From IMG/VR virus record IMGVR_UViG_3300042691_055975: a stretch of DNA of 64,000 nt; one strand, given 5' to 3'. Positions 46,622-56,181 of the stretch are shown here, in pieces. The stretch comes from an uncultured virus (IMG/VR IMGVR_UViG_3300042691_055975). Its lineage: Duplodnaviria; Heunggongvirae; Uroviricota; Caudoviricetes. The first letter of the stretch is position 1. Every line of letters starts with the position of its first letter. The position numbers and the translations under genes were made by a program. The notes below the pieces were generated by a model. It was given only the letters and a program-made list of their open reading frames with translations, did no database searches and was not told the DNA's origin.

Positions 46622-46913
46622 GCTCGCCCTCTCCCGGCGCAGCGACACGCAAATCGATGTCCATGCCAATCGCCGTCTTCACAGCCTGGGCGACCGCTGC
46701 GGTGTCGATCGTCACCGGCGAAGCAGGCTCGGCAACATCGATGCGCGCGATAATGCTGGGCGCTTCGAACAGCGCCAGCGGCAGCGTCATCTTGACGTTG
46801 ATGGCCCGCTCGCCGCGGCTCAGCGCAGGCTCGATGCTGGTGACAGCCTTCGCATCGTCGCCCTTTTCAAGGATCAGGTCGCCGGCGATTGCGCCCTTGT
46901 AGGTCTTTGCCAT
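46614..46913 (-). CDS. Hypothetical protein
   Basis: GAGG Shine-Dalgarno; overlaps the next gene. Confidence 0.6.
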   Translation of the reverse strand: MAKTYKGAIAGDLILEKGDDAKAVTSIEPALSRGERAINVKMTLPLALFEAPSIIARIDVAEPASPVTIDTAAVAQAVKTAIGMDIDLRVAAPGEGEHG

Positions 46914-47327
46914 GGTCAGATTTCCTCGTTCAAAGCGCACGGCACGATGCCGGCAAGGTCGCTGGAGCAAACGACGCAGTCGCACTCGTCACCCGGATCG
47001 GATTGTTTGGCGGACCGACCGGCCTCGACGGCCGATCCACCAGGGCGGGGAGACGATCCCGGGAGGGGGGGCAGGATCGCCCGATGCTTCTACCCGGAGC
47101 GCGGACAGGGGGTTGGCGCGCTGGTCGGGCAGATTGGGAATGGTGGCGGCTCGGGCGCGCAGGAAGCGGCGGAAGGCGATGTGGGCGACGTCGATCACAG
47201 CCCCGCCCCCATCGTCGCGCGCAGCAGGGTTGCGGCCAGCTTGAACATGCCGCACCACAGCGCCGCGCCGCAGAGGGCCATGATCGCGAGCGCAACCGGA
47301 TGGATCGCCATCGCCGGCATTTCAGGT

Positions 47328-47474
47328 TCATCGTCCATGGCGCGCGCTCCCCGGAATCGGCTCGAAATTGAGCGCCGCGACGATCTTGTCGACGCTGTCG
47401 CAAAGCTCGCGCAGGATGAGCGCGCAGGCGAGGATGCCGGCGGCACAGATGGGCGGGGCGAAGACGGCGGCCAT
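47328..47474 (-). CDS. Small hydrophobic protein (48 aa)
   Basis: TGATG-coupled; followed by a second small TM ORF ending at 47195. Confidence 0.45.
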   Translation of the reverse strand: MAAVFAPPICAAGILACALILRELCDSVDKIVAALNFEPIPGSARHGR

Positions 47475-47761
47475 CACCCGACAGCCCGGATCGGCGTGAC
47501 GTTGGCGCGCGGCGCGCCCTGCGCCTCAAGCTGCTCAGCGGCTCGGATCAGGCGGCTGGCACCGTTGATAAGGAACTCGCGAGCAGTGGCGGCGTCGGTC
47601 AGCAGCAGCTCGTGCGCCTCGCCCACCGCGTAGCCCGCGATGTTGATCAGATAGACCGTGCGGAGACCGTTGTCGCAGTGCTGCAGGTTGCGCAGGCGTT
47701 CAAGGGTAAGAGCCGCCGCAGGGCTCGCAGCATAATGCGGCACGTATGTCGGGACGCGCAT
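47474..47761 (-). CDS. First early-left gene of phage 2
   Basis: GGGGAG Shine-Dalgarno; downstream of the operators. Confidence 0.6.
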   Translation of the reverse strand: MRVPTYVPHYAASPAAALTLERLRNLQHCDNGLRTVYLINIAGYAVGEAHELLLTDAATAREFLINGASRLIRAAEQLEAQGAPRANVTPIRAVG

Positions 47762-47822
47762 GGTGATCTCCCCGCCGTCTCGCGACCCGGCACGATGCGC
47801 GGGTGGTCAGGCGATGGAGATT

Positions 47823-47876
47823 AGTTCCCATAAAAGGAACTTGCCTGTCAACCGAAAAGTTCCCTTTGAAGGAACT
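47823..47876 (-). promoter_or_regulatory. OL-like operators of phage 2
   Basis: 19-bp palindromes AGTTCC-N7-GGAACT at 47823-47841 and 47858-47876, flanking a minus-strand TTGACA. Confidence 0.8.
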
Positions 47877-48112
47877 GCCTTTCAATGCTACCTTTGCGGC
47901 CTGATTTAAATTGCCACAGGCGATGTAGAAAAGTGAGCATGTCGTATCGATCGCCCAATTTGACAGGCACTGACCGCCCTCGATGCAATTGGATACAGAC
48001 CGTCATGAAGGCGGGCGCGGGCTACAACAGAATATGCGTAGCGGGATGCGCCACACCCTGCCGTCAAATCAGATTTTCCGAAATATGGGTGGACCTAGAG
48101 CGATTTCAGAAC

Positions 48113-48385
48113 TTATTCGGCACCAAGAACCCGCCGGATGTGGCGTTCCTGGGCCGCATCAATCCGCTGCTCAAGATCCGCAAAGCTGACGATCCGCTCG
48201 CGGCACTTCTCGCACTCGACCCAACTATCTTTGGCTGGATCGACGGGACGGATGAACATGAGATGCCCACATTGGAAGCACTTACGCTCGTCGGGGAGTA
48301 TGCAAGCAGCTTCACTGTGCCACTGGAACACTATCCAGTCAGGGTCGTCGTCAAACCATCCGAAATAGCGGAATAGATTATCCAT
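48113..48385 (-). CDS. Zn-ribbon protein coupled to the repressor gene
   Basis: CFQC..CEKC; 8-nt overlap with the repressor 3' end. Confidence 0.5.
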   Translation of the reverse strand: MDNLFRYFGWFDDDPDWIVFQWHSEAACILPDERKCFQCGHLMFIRPVDPAKDSWVECEKCRERIVSFADLEQRIDAAQERHIRRVLGAE

Positions 48386-48689
48386 CGGTGCCCGTTCGGT
48401 CCGATACCAGTTTCAGGCGTTCGCCGAGTTCTGCGACCGGGCCCGCATCAGCCATCAACTTTCGGATTGCCATGGCATCATCGGGGTGCATTAGCAATTC
48501 ATAGGGTCGCAGCCTTAGGACCTGGGTGGCCAGTGCGAGATGATCGCGGTTCCAGCGCGTTTTGCGATTGACCAGCTGATTGGCAATGCGATGAGTCCAC
48601 CCGGTTTCGCTCTCCAATTTGGCAATGGAGACGTTGAGCGACCCTAGCCACTCTTTAAGATACCAATCGTGCGTGGGCCGTGATGCCAT
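48378..48689 (-). CDS. XRE-type CI-like repressor, no S24 domain
   Basis: WYLKEW..AKLESETGW..QLVN..PYELLMHP; divergent from cro. Confidence 0.75.
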   Translation of the reverse strand: MASRPTHDWYLKEWLGSLNVSIAKLESETGWTHRIANQLVNRKTRWNRDHLALATQVLRLRPYELLMHPDDAMAIRKLMADAGPVAELGERLKLVSDRTGTDG

Positions 48690-48722
48690 GCGCACAGGAT
48701 ACTCGACCTGCACAAGCCTGTC

Positions 48723-48776
48723 GTTTCCCAGAAAGGGAACTTTAGCTGTTGACATATAGTTCCCTTTTGAGGAACT
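48723..48776 (+). promoter_or_regulatory. OR-like operators and PR of phage 2
   Basis: Same palindrome at 48723-48741 (one variant half) and 48758-48776; TTGACA at 48749-48754. Confidence 0.8.
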
Positions 48777-48784
48777 ATGCAGGC

Positions 48785-49039
48785 ATGAGCGAAGCATCAC
48801 GTCCTCCCCACTTCGAACGCATAGCCGCGCTGCGCCGAGAAAGGGGTGAAACCCTTGAGGCCTTCGGCTTGGCGATAGGGGTCGCAAGCAAAGGGCGGAT
48901 TAGCGAACTGGAGCGCGGCCTGCGCACAGCTACCCCCGAGCAAGCGCTGGCTATTGAGCGGATATCCGGTGGCCAGATTGATGCAGCCGATTTGAATGAG
49001 GTTGTTGCAGCCGCTCGCCAGTCGAAGGAGGCCGCATGA
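48785..49039 (+). CDS. cro: Cro-like HTH protein
   Basis: LRRERGETLEAFG..ISELERG..ALAIERISGGQI. Confidence 0.8.
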   Translation: MSEASRPPHFERIAALRRERGETLEAFGLAIGVASKGRISELERGLRTATPEQALAIERISGGQIDAADLNEVVAAARQSKEAA

Positions 49040-49111
49040 CCGCCTTCACCCCCGAGCAGGAAGCGCGCATCCGCGAGATCGTGGCTGGTCACATCCGCCA
49101 CGATGTTGAGG

Positions 49112-49432
49112 CTAAGCGTGTCCGGACGGCAGATCGTCGGCGAGGTCGTCAATGAGGTCCGTGAAATATCCCGCATTGGCGACCGCCATGACCTCGACTG
49201 CGTCGGCCCTTCGGTGCGGGTCGTCGCTTGCCGCCAGCCTTTGGGCATGGTCGACGACTTCCCGCTGCACGTCCAATACGAAGCCGAGGCCGAACTTGTC
49301 GCCGAGCACATGCAACAGCGCACGGGCGATCTCGAATCCGTCGTCGGCAACACCTTCGTATTCCCGATCTGCGTCGGCCATCGCCTTCGCGCGCATCTCA
49401 TCGATGAGGCGATCAAGTTCTTCCTTTTCCAT
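49112..49432 (-). CDS. Counter-oriented acidic hypothetical protein
   Basis: GGAG upstream; helical acidic sequence MEKEELDRLIDE... Confidence 0.5.
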   Translation of the reverse strand: MEKEELDRLIDEMRAKAMADADREYEGVADDGFEIARALLHVLGDKFGLGFVLDVQREVVDHAQRLAASDDPHRRADAVEVMAVANAGYFTDLIDDLADDLPSGHA

Positions 49433-49650
49433 CTCGCCGCTCCGTTGTTCGGAAGGAAATGCGGCATGAATAGCGCCATCAATCCTTCGGTCGTGTCTGC
49501 ACAACCGACTGTAGCGGACGGCCGGGAGGTCGCAAGCCACCCGGCCGAAAGCACCGCCCTCTGCACGACCCGCGACCACCGGCTCGACGACGTCGCCATC
49601 AGGGCTTGCGTCGAGCGTGATTGCCCCCATGCACAGAAGGAAGCGGCGTG

Positions 49651-50172
49651 ATGTCGGGCGGCTGTGATCATGTCCCTGCTCTACGCGCAGGCGCGCCCAA
49701 TGTGCTGGGCAATATGCCCCGGCTCACCCAAAGTTCTTACCGGCAGGCCGTCAGCGAGACGGTCACCAACATTTCGGCCGCCAACGGGGCGCTGAGCGAT
49801 GGCGAGATGGCCGAACTGATCGGCACGTCGAAGTCGACGGTTGGCAACGCCCGCAATCGCGAGGGAGACCTGTCGGCGCGGGGTCTGCTCGGCATCGGCA
49901 AGGCGTTCGGGCCGGATGCGCTCAACACGGTGATGGCCCTGATCGGCGCGAAGGTCGTGCCGGTCGAGAGCGTCTGCTGCGCCAACGTATCCCACATCCC
50001 CATCGAGATCGCGCAGGCCCTGCCGATGCTGATCACGCTGCTGGGCGATAATGACTGCTGCGACAAGGATGTGCGGAAGCTGGACAAGGCCGGCGTGATC
50101 GACGTGCTGAACAAGACGGCGAACTTTCTGGTCCGGCGGCGGGACGAGGTGCGGCTGCGCGACGGGGCGTAG
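49651..50172 (+). CDS. CII-like regulator
   Basis: HTH (EMAELIGTSKSTVGNA); CII position. Confidence 0.55.
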   Translation: MSGGCDHVPALRAGAPNVLGNMPRLTQSSYRQAVSETVTNISAANGALSDGEMAELIGTSKSTVGNARNREGDLSARGLLGIGKAFGPDALNTVMALIGAKVVPVESVCCANVSHIPIEIAQALPMLITLLGDNDCCDKDVRKLDKAGVIDVLNKTANFLVRRRDEVRLRDGA

Positions 50173-50209
50173 CGGATGATTGAGCGGGGCTGACCCCCAG
50201 GAGTGAACC

Positions 50210-51091
50210 ATGATTTGCGCGACCGGCGCGGCGCTGTCGAAGGGCAGTTCCGCGAACGATCTTTCTTTGCCCGCAACCCCAACCGTCGCCGTCATCGGCG
50301 GCGCGACGCTGTATCTGGGCAATTGCCTCGATTTCATGCGCCGGCTCGCTGCGGTCGATCACATCATCAGCGACCCGCCTTACGAAGCATCGCTGCATCA
50401 GGCCAAGGCGCATACGTCCAAGCTACGGAAGGACGGCGGCCCTGAACTGCAGGAAATTGACTTCGACTGCATAGATCCAATCCGCGATGAATACGTCGAA
50501 TTGGCATCATCGCTCTGCAGTGGCTGGTTCGTCGCCTTCTGCACCCTCGAAGGTGTGCGCCCGTGGGCCGAAGCCATCAATGCATCGCCCCTCAAATACA
50601 AGCGTTCCTGCATTTGGGTGAAGCCGGATTCGACGCCGCAACTGAACGGCCAAGGTCCAGCCGCCGGCGCTGAGGCCTTCGTGGTCGCCTGGGGTGGCTC
50701 GGGGCATGCCCGATGGAACGCTGGTGGCAAGCGTGGGGTCTACACGCATCTCGTTAATAACGCCGAGCGTACGGGCCGCCATCCCACCGAGAAGCCGCGT
50801 AAGCTTATGGCCGAGATTATCGCCGACTTCACCGCGCCGGGGCAAATCATCCTAGACCCGTTCATGGGCAGCGGCACGACCGGAGTGGCCGCAGTGCGCA
50901 TGGGCCGTCAGTTCATCGGCATTGAGCGCGATCCCAAATATTTCGAACTGGCTTGTGAACGCATCGCTGATGCCCAGCGCCAAGCTGACCTTTTCGGCGG
51001 CGCCGCGCATCCGGCCGCCTCCCCTTCACGGCAGGATCAGCAGGGCCTGCCCCTTTCCCATCTCACCCCTGCCGAAGGAGAAATGAAGTGA
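50210..51091 (+). CDS. N4/N6 DNA methyltransferase
   Basis: SDPPY, HPTEKP, DPFMGSGTTG. Confidence 0.9.
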   Translation: MICATGAALSKGSSANDLSLPATPTVAVIGGATLYLGNCLDFMRRLAAVDHIISDPPYEASLHQAKAHTSKLRKDGGPELQEIDFDCIDPIRDEYVELASSLCSGWFVAFCTLEGVRPWAEAINASPLKYKRSCIWVKPDSTPQLNGQGPAAGAEAFVVAWGGSGHARWNAGGKRGVYTHLVNNAERTGRHPTEKPRKLMAEIIADFTAPGQIILDPFMGSGTTGVAAVRMGRQFIGIERDPKYFELACERIADAQRQADLFGGAAHPAASPSRQDQQGLPLSHLTPAEGEMK

Positions 51092-51504
51092 CAGATGCGA
51101 TGATGGCGGGCGACCCGAACGGTCCGCGCCGCGCTGCTGATGGCGGGCATGTGCCCGGCGCCTGCAATACCATGGGCGAGTTCATCCGCTCGCTCGAAGA
51201 CGGGCAGTTCGACGCCGATTGCTACGAACAGGTCAAGGATTTGTCCGCCGCGCTCGCTGAGCATGCTTGGCGCAACGGCGGCAAGGCGAAGGGCAAAGCC
51301 GTCGTCACGCTCGACTTCAATCAGGATGGCGGAATCACCGAGATCAAGGCGAGCTTCAAGGTGACGAAGCCGGAAGACCGCCGGCCGAAGTCGGTCATGT
51401 GGCGGACCGAGGACAACCGGTTCACCCGCACCCAGCCCAACCAGCAGCAGCTTTTCGGCATCCGCGATGTCAGCGGCCCGGCCGAACGGCCCCGCGATTA
51501 CTGA
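51088..51504 (+). CDS. Conserved phage protein adjacent to the DUF2303 gene
   Basis: LEDGQF..KGKAVVTLDF..PNQQQL; common upstream neighbour of YfdQ-like genes. Confidence 0.65.
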   Translation: MTDAMMAGDPNGPRRAADGGHVPGACNTMGEFIRSLEDGQFDADCYEQVKDLSAALAEHAWRNGGKAKGKAVVTLDFNQDGGITEIKASFKVTKPEDRRPKSVMWRTEDNRFTRTQPNQQQLFGIRDVSGPAERPRDY

Positions 51505-51528
51505 GCCACCACGAAGGAGTAGAAGACC

Positions 51529-52452
51529 ATGACCATCGAAGACTTGAAAGGCCCGATCGCCGAGGCGCGCGATCTGGTGGAAGACTACATCAAGCCCGAG
51601 ACCATCACGCTTGAAGAACCGGGCACCGGCGTTGAGGCTCTGTTTACGCTGACGGCCACCGGAGCCACTCCTATCCCTGCCAGCGCTTTCGACACCTATC
51701 GCAGCAATCCTCTCCGCCGCGCGGGCACCGCCGAACTGACGTCGCTCGACAGCCTTATTGCGCTGGCGCAGCGGTTTTCCGACGATGACAGCGCCATCTT
51801 TGCCAACGACGATCGCAAGGCTCCCGCCTTGACCGTCGTGCTCGACTATCACCGCATCGGAGCGGACAGCGACCCGCGTTTCGGCAAGCATCGCGCGCAT
51901 TTCGCGTTCCCGCTCTCGGACGAGTGGAAGGCATGGACCGGCAACAACGCCAATCCCTTCAAGATGGTCGAATTTGCCGAGTTCCTGGAAGACCGGGTGA
52001 TCGATGTGCTCTACATCATCCCCGAAGAAGACGAGCTGTCTGATGACCTCAAGAAGTTCATCAACGCAGGCGGCGGGGATGCGCTGATCGCGACGCCGCA
52101 GAAGCTGGTCGAACTTTCCCGTGGACTGCAGGTGCATGAAAGCTCCGCTGTGCGTGAGGTTCGTCACCTGTCGAGCGGCGAGGCGCAAATCAGCTTCACC
52201 TCCGAGCACACCGATGCGAACGGCGAGCCGCTTCGCATCCCGAGCCTCTTCCTGATCGGCATCCCCGTGTTCCGCAACGGCCCGATTTACCGGATCGCGG
52301 CGCGCCTGCGCTATCGCAAGACGCCGGCTGGCGTCGTGTTCTGGTATGACCTCTGGCGCACTGATCGCGTGTTCGACCATGCGTTCAAGGAAGCCTGCGA
52401 GCGCGCCGAGGCCGAAACGGAGCTTCCGCTGTTCTTCGGGAAGCCGGAGTAA
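51529..52452 (+). CDS. DUF2303/YfdQ family protein
   Basis: VLDYH, HRA.F..S.EWKAW, FAEFLED, IPVF..ARLRYR. Confidence 0.85.
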   Translation: MTIEDLKGPIAEARDLVEDYIKPETITLEEPGTGVEALFTLTATGATPIPASAFDTYRSNPLRRAGTAELTSLDSLIALAQRFSDDDSAIFANDDRKAPALTVVLDYHRIGADSDPRFGKHRAHFAFPLSDEWKAWTGNNANPFKMVEFAEFLEDRVIDVLYIIPEEDELSDDLKKFINAGGGDALIATPQKLVELSRGLQVHESSAVREVRHLSSGEAQISFTSEHTDANGEPLRIPSLFLIGIPVFRNGPIYRIAARLRYRKTPAGVVFWYDLWRTDRVFDHAFKEACERAEAETELPLFFGKPE

Positions 52453-52456
52453 GCCG

Positions 52457-53035
52457 ATGAAGGCCCGGGGGCATTATTATCGCGCCGGCATGCTCGGCCG
52501 CTCCATCGTTACGTTGGCCGGACAGGGAGGCACGTCATTCGTGGCGCGCCTTCAGTGCTCCGCCTGCCCGACGGTCGGCGAGCGGAACATGCGCGCGATC
52601 ATGCCCCCGGACCAAATCGACCGGAAGTTCCAGCAGATCGGCTGGACCGTCGATCCGCACATCTGCCCCACATGCCTGTCACTCACCCATAAAGAGAGGT
52701 TGAAAATGTCGGCAAAGCCGTCGCCGGACGCCATGCGCGCCCAGGCACAAATGATCACCCTGCTGCAGACGCATTTCGACGTCGAGCGGGGCGCGTTTGC
52801 CAAGGAATGGGATGACGCGCGTGTCGCTTCAACCACCGGCATCGCAAAGCCGCTGGTCGTCGAGTATCGGGAGGCCTGCTTCGGCCCGCTGAAGGAGCCC
52901 GCCGAGATCGTGAGCCTGCGGGCTGACATCGCGTCTCTGGAGCGCCTTCATCAGGAATCGGTCGGCACCTTCACGGTCGAGGTCGCGAGCCTGCGCTCCC
53001 GGCTGGGCGAGCTGTCGAAGAAGTGGACGGCTTGA
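52457..53035 (+). CDS. Hypothetical Zn-finger protein
   Basis: CSAC..GW..CPTC, WDDARVA..R..FGP. Confidence 0.6.
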   Translation: MKARGHYYRAGMLGRSIVTLAGQGGTSFVARLQCSACPTVGERNMRAIMPPDQIDRKFQQIGWTVDPHICPTCLSLTHKERLKMSAKPSPDAMRAQAQMITLLQTHFDVERGAFAKEWDDARVASTTGIAKPLVVEYREACFGPLKEPAEIVSLRADIASLERLHQESVGTFTVEVASLRSRLGELSKKWTA

Positions 53036-53037
53036 TC

Positions 53038-53229
53038 ATGGGCCGTTTCTATATCCGGGCGCGGCTGGTCAACGCCTGGCGCCGCCTGTTCCCTCATCCC
53101 GCCGTCGTCGCCATGCGCGAGCGCCGCCGCGTTGCTCGCAACGCCGCGAACCGCTCGTCAGGCGATCGGCGCGCCGCGGTGCGCGCCATGGCCGAGCGTC
53201 TGCGCGAGGAACGCCCCGTCAATGGCTGA
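53038..53229 (+). CDS. Small basic hypothetical protein
   Basis: Fits the operon spacing. Confidence 0.45.
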   Translation: MGRFYIRARLVNAWRRLFPHPAVVAMRERRRVARNAANRSSGDRRAAVRAMAERLREERPVNG

Positions 53230-53824
53230 GACGTTCAATTGCGAAGGCGGCTGCGGCCGAGAACTGACGATGTATCCACGGCGCAAGACGAGGCTCTGCC
53301 GCCGATGCTGCGCCGTCCAGATAGGGCGCGACCCGGGAAAGAACGAGAAGGTCAGCGCGACCATGAAGAAGCTGTTCGCTGATCCCGCCTTTCGGAAGCA
53401 CCACACCGAGCGTTGCACCGAAGGCCTGCGCGCCTTCATCGCGAACAATCCGGAGGAAATGGAGCGCCGCCGTGCGTCGGGCAAGGCGCTCGCGATGACA
53501 GGGCTCGGGCATGCCGCCCAGAAGCCCGGATCAGCGCCGCGCGTCTCGGCCGGGCGGAAGACTACCGAAAGGCGCATCGGCTGGTGCCCTCCCCATCTGC
53601 GCGACGAGTATCGAAGGCTGAAGCGCAAGGGCAAGAGCGCAGCGGAGGCGCGCGCCATCATCGAGGCGAAGATGCAGCGCGCGCGCGAGCAGCGCGGCCA
53701 GCGCCTGTCCTTCGCAGAGCAGTTGGAGCGGGCGAAAGCCGGCGGCACTCTGGTCAAGACCTTCAAGCCCACCGCTGCAGCGCCGGACTTCACGCTTGGC
53801 GGTGTCGCCTCGGGAATGATCTGA
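53222..53824 (+). CDS. Basic hypothetical protein
   Basis: CEGGC/CRRC; coupled to the next gene. Confidence 0.6.
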   Translation: MAETFNCEGGCGRELTMYPRRKTRLCRRCCAVQIGRDPGKNEKVSATMKKLFADPAFRKHHTERCTEGLRAFIANNPEEMERRRASGKALAMTGLGHAAQKPGSAPRVSAGRKTTERRIGWCPPHLRDEYRRLKRKGKSAAEARAIIEAKMQRAREQRGQRLSFAEQLERAKAGGTLVKTFKPTAAAPDFTLGGVASGMI

Positions 53825-54165
53825 TGCGCATCGAATTGCCGTTCCAGCCTTCTTCGCTGTCAGGCCATGCAAAAGGGCACTGGCGCAAGAAGGCCGGCAT
53901 TACGAAGAAGCACCGCATCTGGGCGCGCCATGCGACCTTGGCCGCGCGTCCGATCGTGCCGTCGGAGGGCGACATCATCATCCATGTCCGCTTCGAGCCG
54001 CCCAAACGCCGCGGGGACCGCGCAAATTTCTCTAATCGCATGAAGCCCTATTTCGACGGGATCGCCGACGCGCTGGGCGTCAATGACAGCCGGTTCCTGC
54101 CGCGCTTCGAATATGGCGAGCCTGTCGAAGGCGGCCGGGTCATTGTGGAGATCGGCAAGCCATGA
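53824..54165 (+). CDS. RusA-like Holliday junction resolvase
   Basis: PPKRRGDRAN..KPYFDGIADALGVNDSRF. Confidence 0.75.
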   Translation: MRIELPFQPSSLSGHAKGHWRKKAGITKKHRIWARHATLAARPIVPSEGDIIIHVRFEPPKRRGDRANFSNRMKPYFDGIADALGVNDSRFLPRFEYGEPVEGGRVIVEIGKP

Positions 54166-54806
54166 GCGTCATCGCGTCAGCCCTAAAACACATGCTCGCG
54201 TCAGGCATGCCCCACGACGCCATCATTGCGGCTGTCGCAGAGATGGAAGCCAGCATCGGGAAAGACCCCGTTGCCGAGAAGCGGCGGGAATATGATCGTA
54301 ATCGGCGTCGGACCGAGCGCGCGGCAGCTCGCGATGCTCTGTCCACCGGACATCAGCGGACATCGGCGGAGTCCGAGGACGCGGCGGACACGTCCCCTCT
54401 TCCTCCCCCTCCCCCTCTTTCCCCCCAAACCCCCCAAACACCCCCGCCCCCACCTACACCCCCGGGAAACACACCCCGCGCGCGTAAGGGCGGCGAGTTC
54501 ACCATCCCGGCTGACTGGAAGCCGGGGCAGTTCGGCAAGGGCACGAAGAGCCGGGAAGTGGTGGATGGCTGGCCGCCGGGCGAACTCGAACGACAGGCCG
54601 AGCACTTTGCCGCGCACCACCGCAGCAAGGGTTCGAAATTCCGAGACTGGCAGGACGCTTGGTCGACCTGGGTGCTCAACAGCAGACGATTTGAGGGACA
54701 GAATGAACGGAACGACCGCCATCGCCAATCGCACCGAGGCCCCGCCAACCCGATGGTCCGAGCCGGCCTTGCCTTCGAAAGTGAGTGCGCTGCTCGACCA
54801 GAATAG
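54162..54806 (+). CDS. Putative replication initiator
   Basis: Same layout as 8761-9408; IPADWKP..F..HH..DWQDAWSTW domain. Confidence 0.65.
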   Translation: MSVIASALKHMLASGMPHDAIIAAVAEMEASIGKDPVAEKRREYDRNRRRTERAAARDALSTGHQRTSAESEDAADTSPLPPPPPLSPQTPQTPPPPPTPPGNTPRARKGGEFTIPADWKPGQFGKGTKSREVVDGWPPGELERQAEHFAAHHRSKGSKFRDWQDAWSTWVLNSRRFEGQNERNDRHRQSHRGPANPMVRAGLAFESECAARPE

Positions 54807-55287
54807 CCGCTTCGCTGACATGCCCATCATCGGCCCGGTGACGGCTGGTCAGCTTCGTGCCTATGTCGAGAGCTGCCGGCCGCCCATGCCGACCGCCGAG
54901 CAGGTCAATTCGATGGTCACTCGGCTCGCGAACATGATGCCCAGCCCGCGCCTGTCCGACGATGCGGACGAGGCCGACCGCATGGCCGTCGAACGGATGG
55001 CAACATACCGCCGCGCGCTGGCCAGCCATGCACTGCCGGACCTCCATGCGGCTTTCGACCAAATCCTGCGCAAATGCCGCTTTTTTCCCACGATCGCCGA
55101 AATGGAGGCGATCATCGCGCCCATCCGCGCCAAGCGCACGGCTCGCGCCAGTCGGGCGCAGTCCCTCATCATGAAGCACGAGCGGGAATGGTCACCGCCG
55201 GCCGCTAACGTGGTGTCGATCGAAGAGGTGGCGCAGCTACGTCAGGAAAGTCGGGATGCGCTGGCTGCTGCCGCTCGGGCAGATTAG
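54703..55287 (+). CDS. Replication accessory protein, paralogue of 9293-9862
   Basis: Shared EPALPSK, ANMMPSPR, HALPDLHA and CRFFPTIAE. Confidence 0.7.
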   Translation: MNGTTAIANRTEAPPTRWSEPALPSKVSALLDQNSRFADMPIIGPVTAGQLRAYVESCRPPMPTAEQVNSMVTRLANMMPSPRLSDDADEADRMAVERMATYRRALASHALPDLHAAFDQILRKCRFFPTIAEMEAIIAPIRAKRTARASRAQSLIMKHEREWSPPAANVVSIEEVAQLRQESRDALAAAARAD

Positions 55288-55314
55288 AACAGGTTGAGAA
55301 CGGAGAAATTCGCC

Positions 55315-55893
55315 ATGCGTGGCATCGAGAGCGAAGATTGGGGTATTTTGCGCACCGCTGGCGGCGGGACGCTGGCGCTGGCCAATTCCCTCTCAGAGGA
55401 GGGCTTTCGCGTGTGGACGCCGCAGGAAGTCCGCCGCCGCCGTGTAGGACGCGAGCGGATCGTGAAGGAGACGACGCACCCCATCACGCCCGGCATCGTC
55501 TTCGCTGCCCACGAGCACCTGCCCGACCTGTCGATCCTGTCACGCAAGCCTGCGCTCAGCTATCAGCGTTGGAACGCCGAGACGAAGCGGATGGAGCGCA
55601 AGGGTTGCCCGACATTCTCGGTCTTCCGGCACGGCGGCCGGTATCCCCGCATTGCCGATCGCAGCCTTGACCCTCTGCGCCAGGCAGAGCAGCGCGCCCA
55701 GCCGCGCGATCTGGCCATCGCCTTCAGCCGGGGCGATGATGTCCGCATTCCTTCCGCTGCCTTCGGAGGGCTTTCGTGCAAGGTGACGGACGTGCATGGC
55801 CGCCGCGCGGTCGTGTGCATCAAGGGCGTGATGGGCGAACTGAAGATAGCGGTCGATATGTGCGACCTTCTCCCTGCGAAAACCGCCGCTTGA
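55315..55893 (+). CDS. NusG-family late antiterminator (Q position)
   Basis: NGN-like W.ILRT..GF.VWTP..PITPGIVF and KOW-like GDDVRI..FGGL. Confidence 0.75.
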   Translation: MRGIESEDWGILRTAGGGTLALANSLSEEGFRVWTPQEVRRRRVGRERIVKETTHPITPGIVFAAHEHLPDLSILSRKPALSYQRWNAETKRMERKGCPTFSVFRHGGRYPRIADRSLDPLRQAEQRAQPRDLAIAFSRGDDVRIPSAAFGGLSCKVTDVHGRRAVVCIKGVMGELKIAVDMCDLLPAKTAA

Positions 55894-55918
55894 CGCCAAG
55901 TCGCAGCGATTATAGGGT
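55890..55918 (+). promoter_or_regulatory. PR'-like late promoter
   Basis: TTGACG-N17-TAGGGT directly after the antiterminator gene. Confidence 0.65.
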
Positions 55919-56181
55919 CGACCTGCTCATCGAGGTTTCTGGTATCAGCAGCAGCTCCGGTTCGGGTCGGCCAAGCGTGTAACACCCTGGTTCGCACCGT
56001 CTCCGTTGAACCACCCTCTCTATCAGAGCACGGTCCCGCTTATGCCGGACTGCGAAGCTCTGCCTTATCATCATGTCCGTCTGTCGAGCCATCTGCGATG
56101 CCCACCGGGGCCGTGGCGCAGGACGGGAGCCGCCAAGCACTGACCCCTGACAGCGTTTGGCGGCGAAACTCAGGAGACGTC

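Noticed and set aside
47885..48376. Plus-strand 163-aa ORF in the phage 2 immunity region
   Set aside because: The opposite-strand CxxC..CxxC ORF coupled to the repressor is better supported, although this one cannot be fully excluded.
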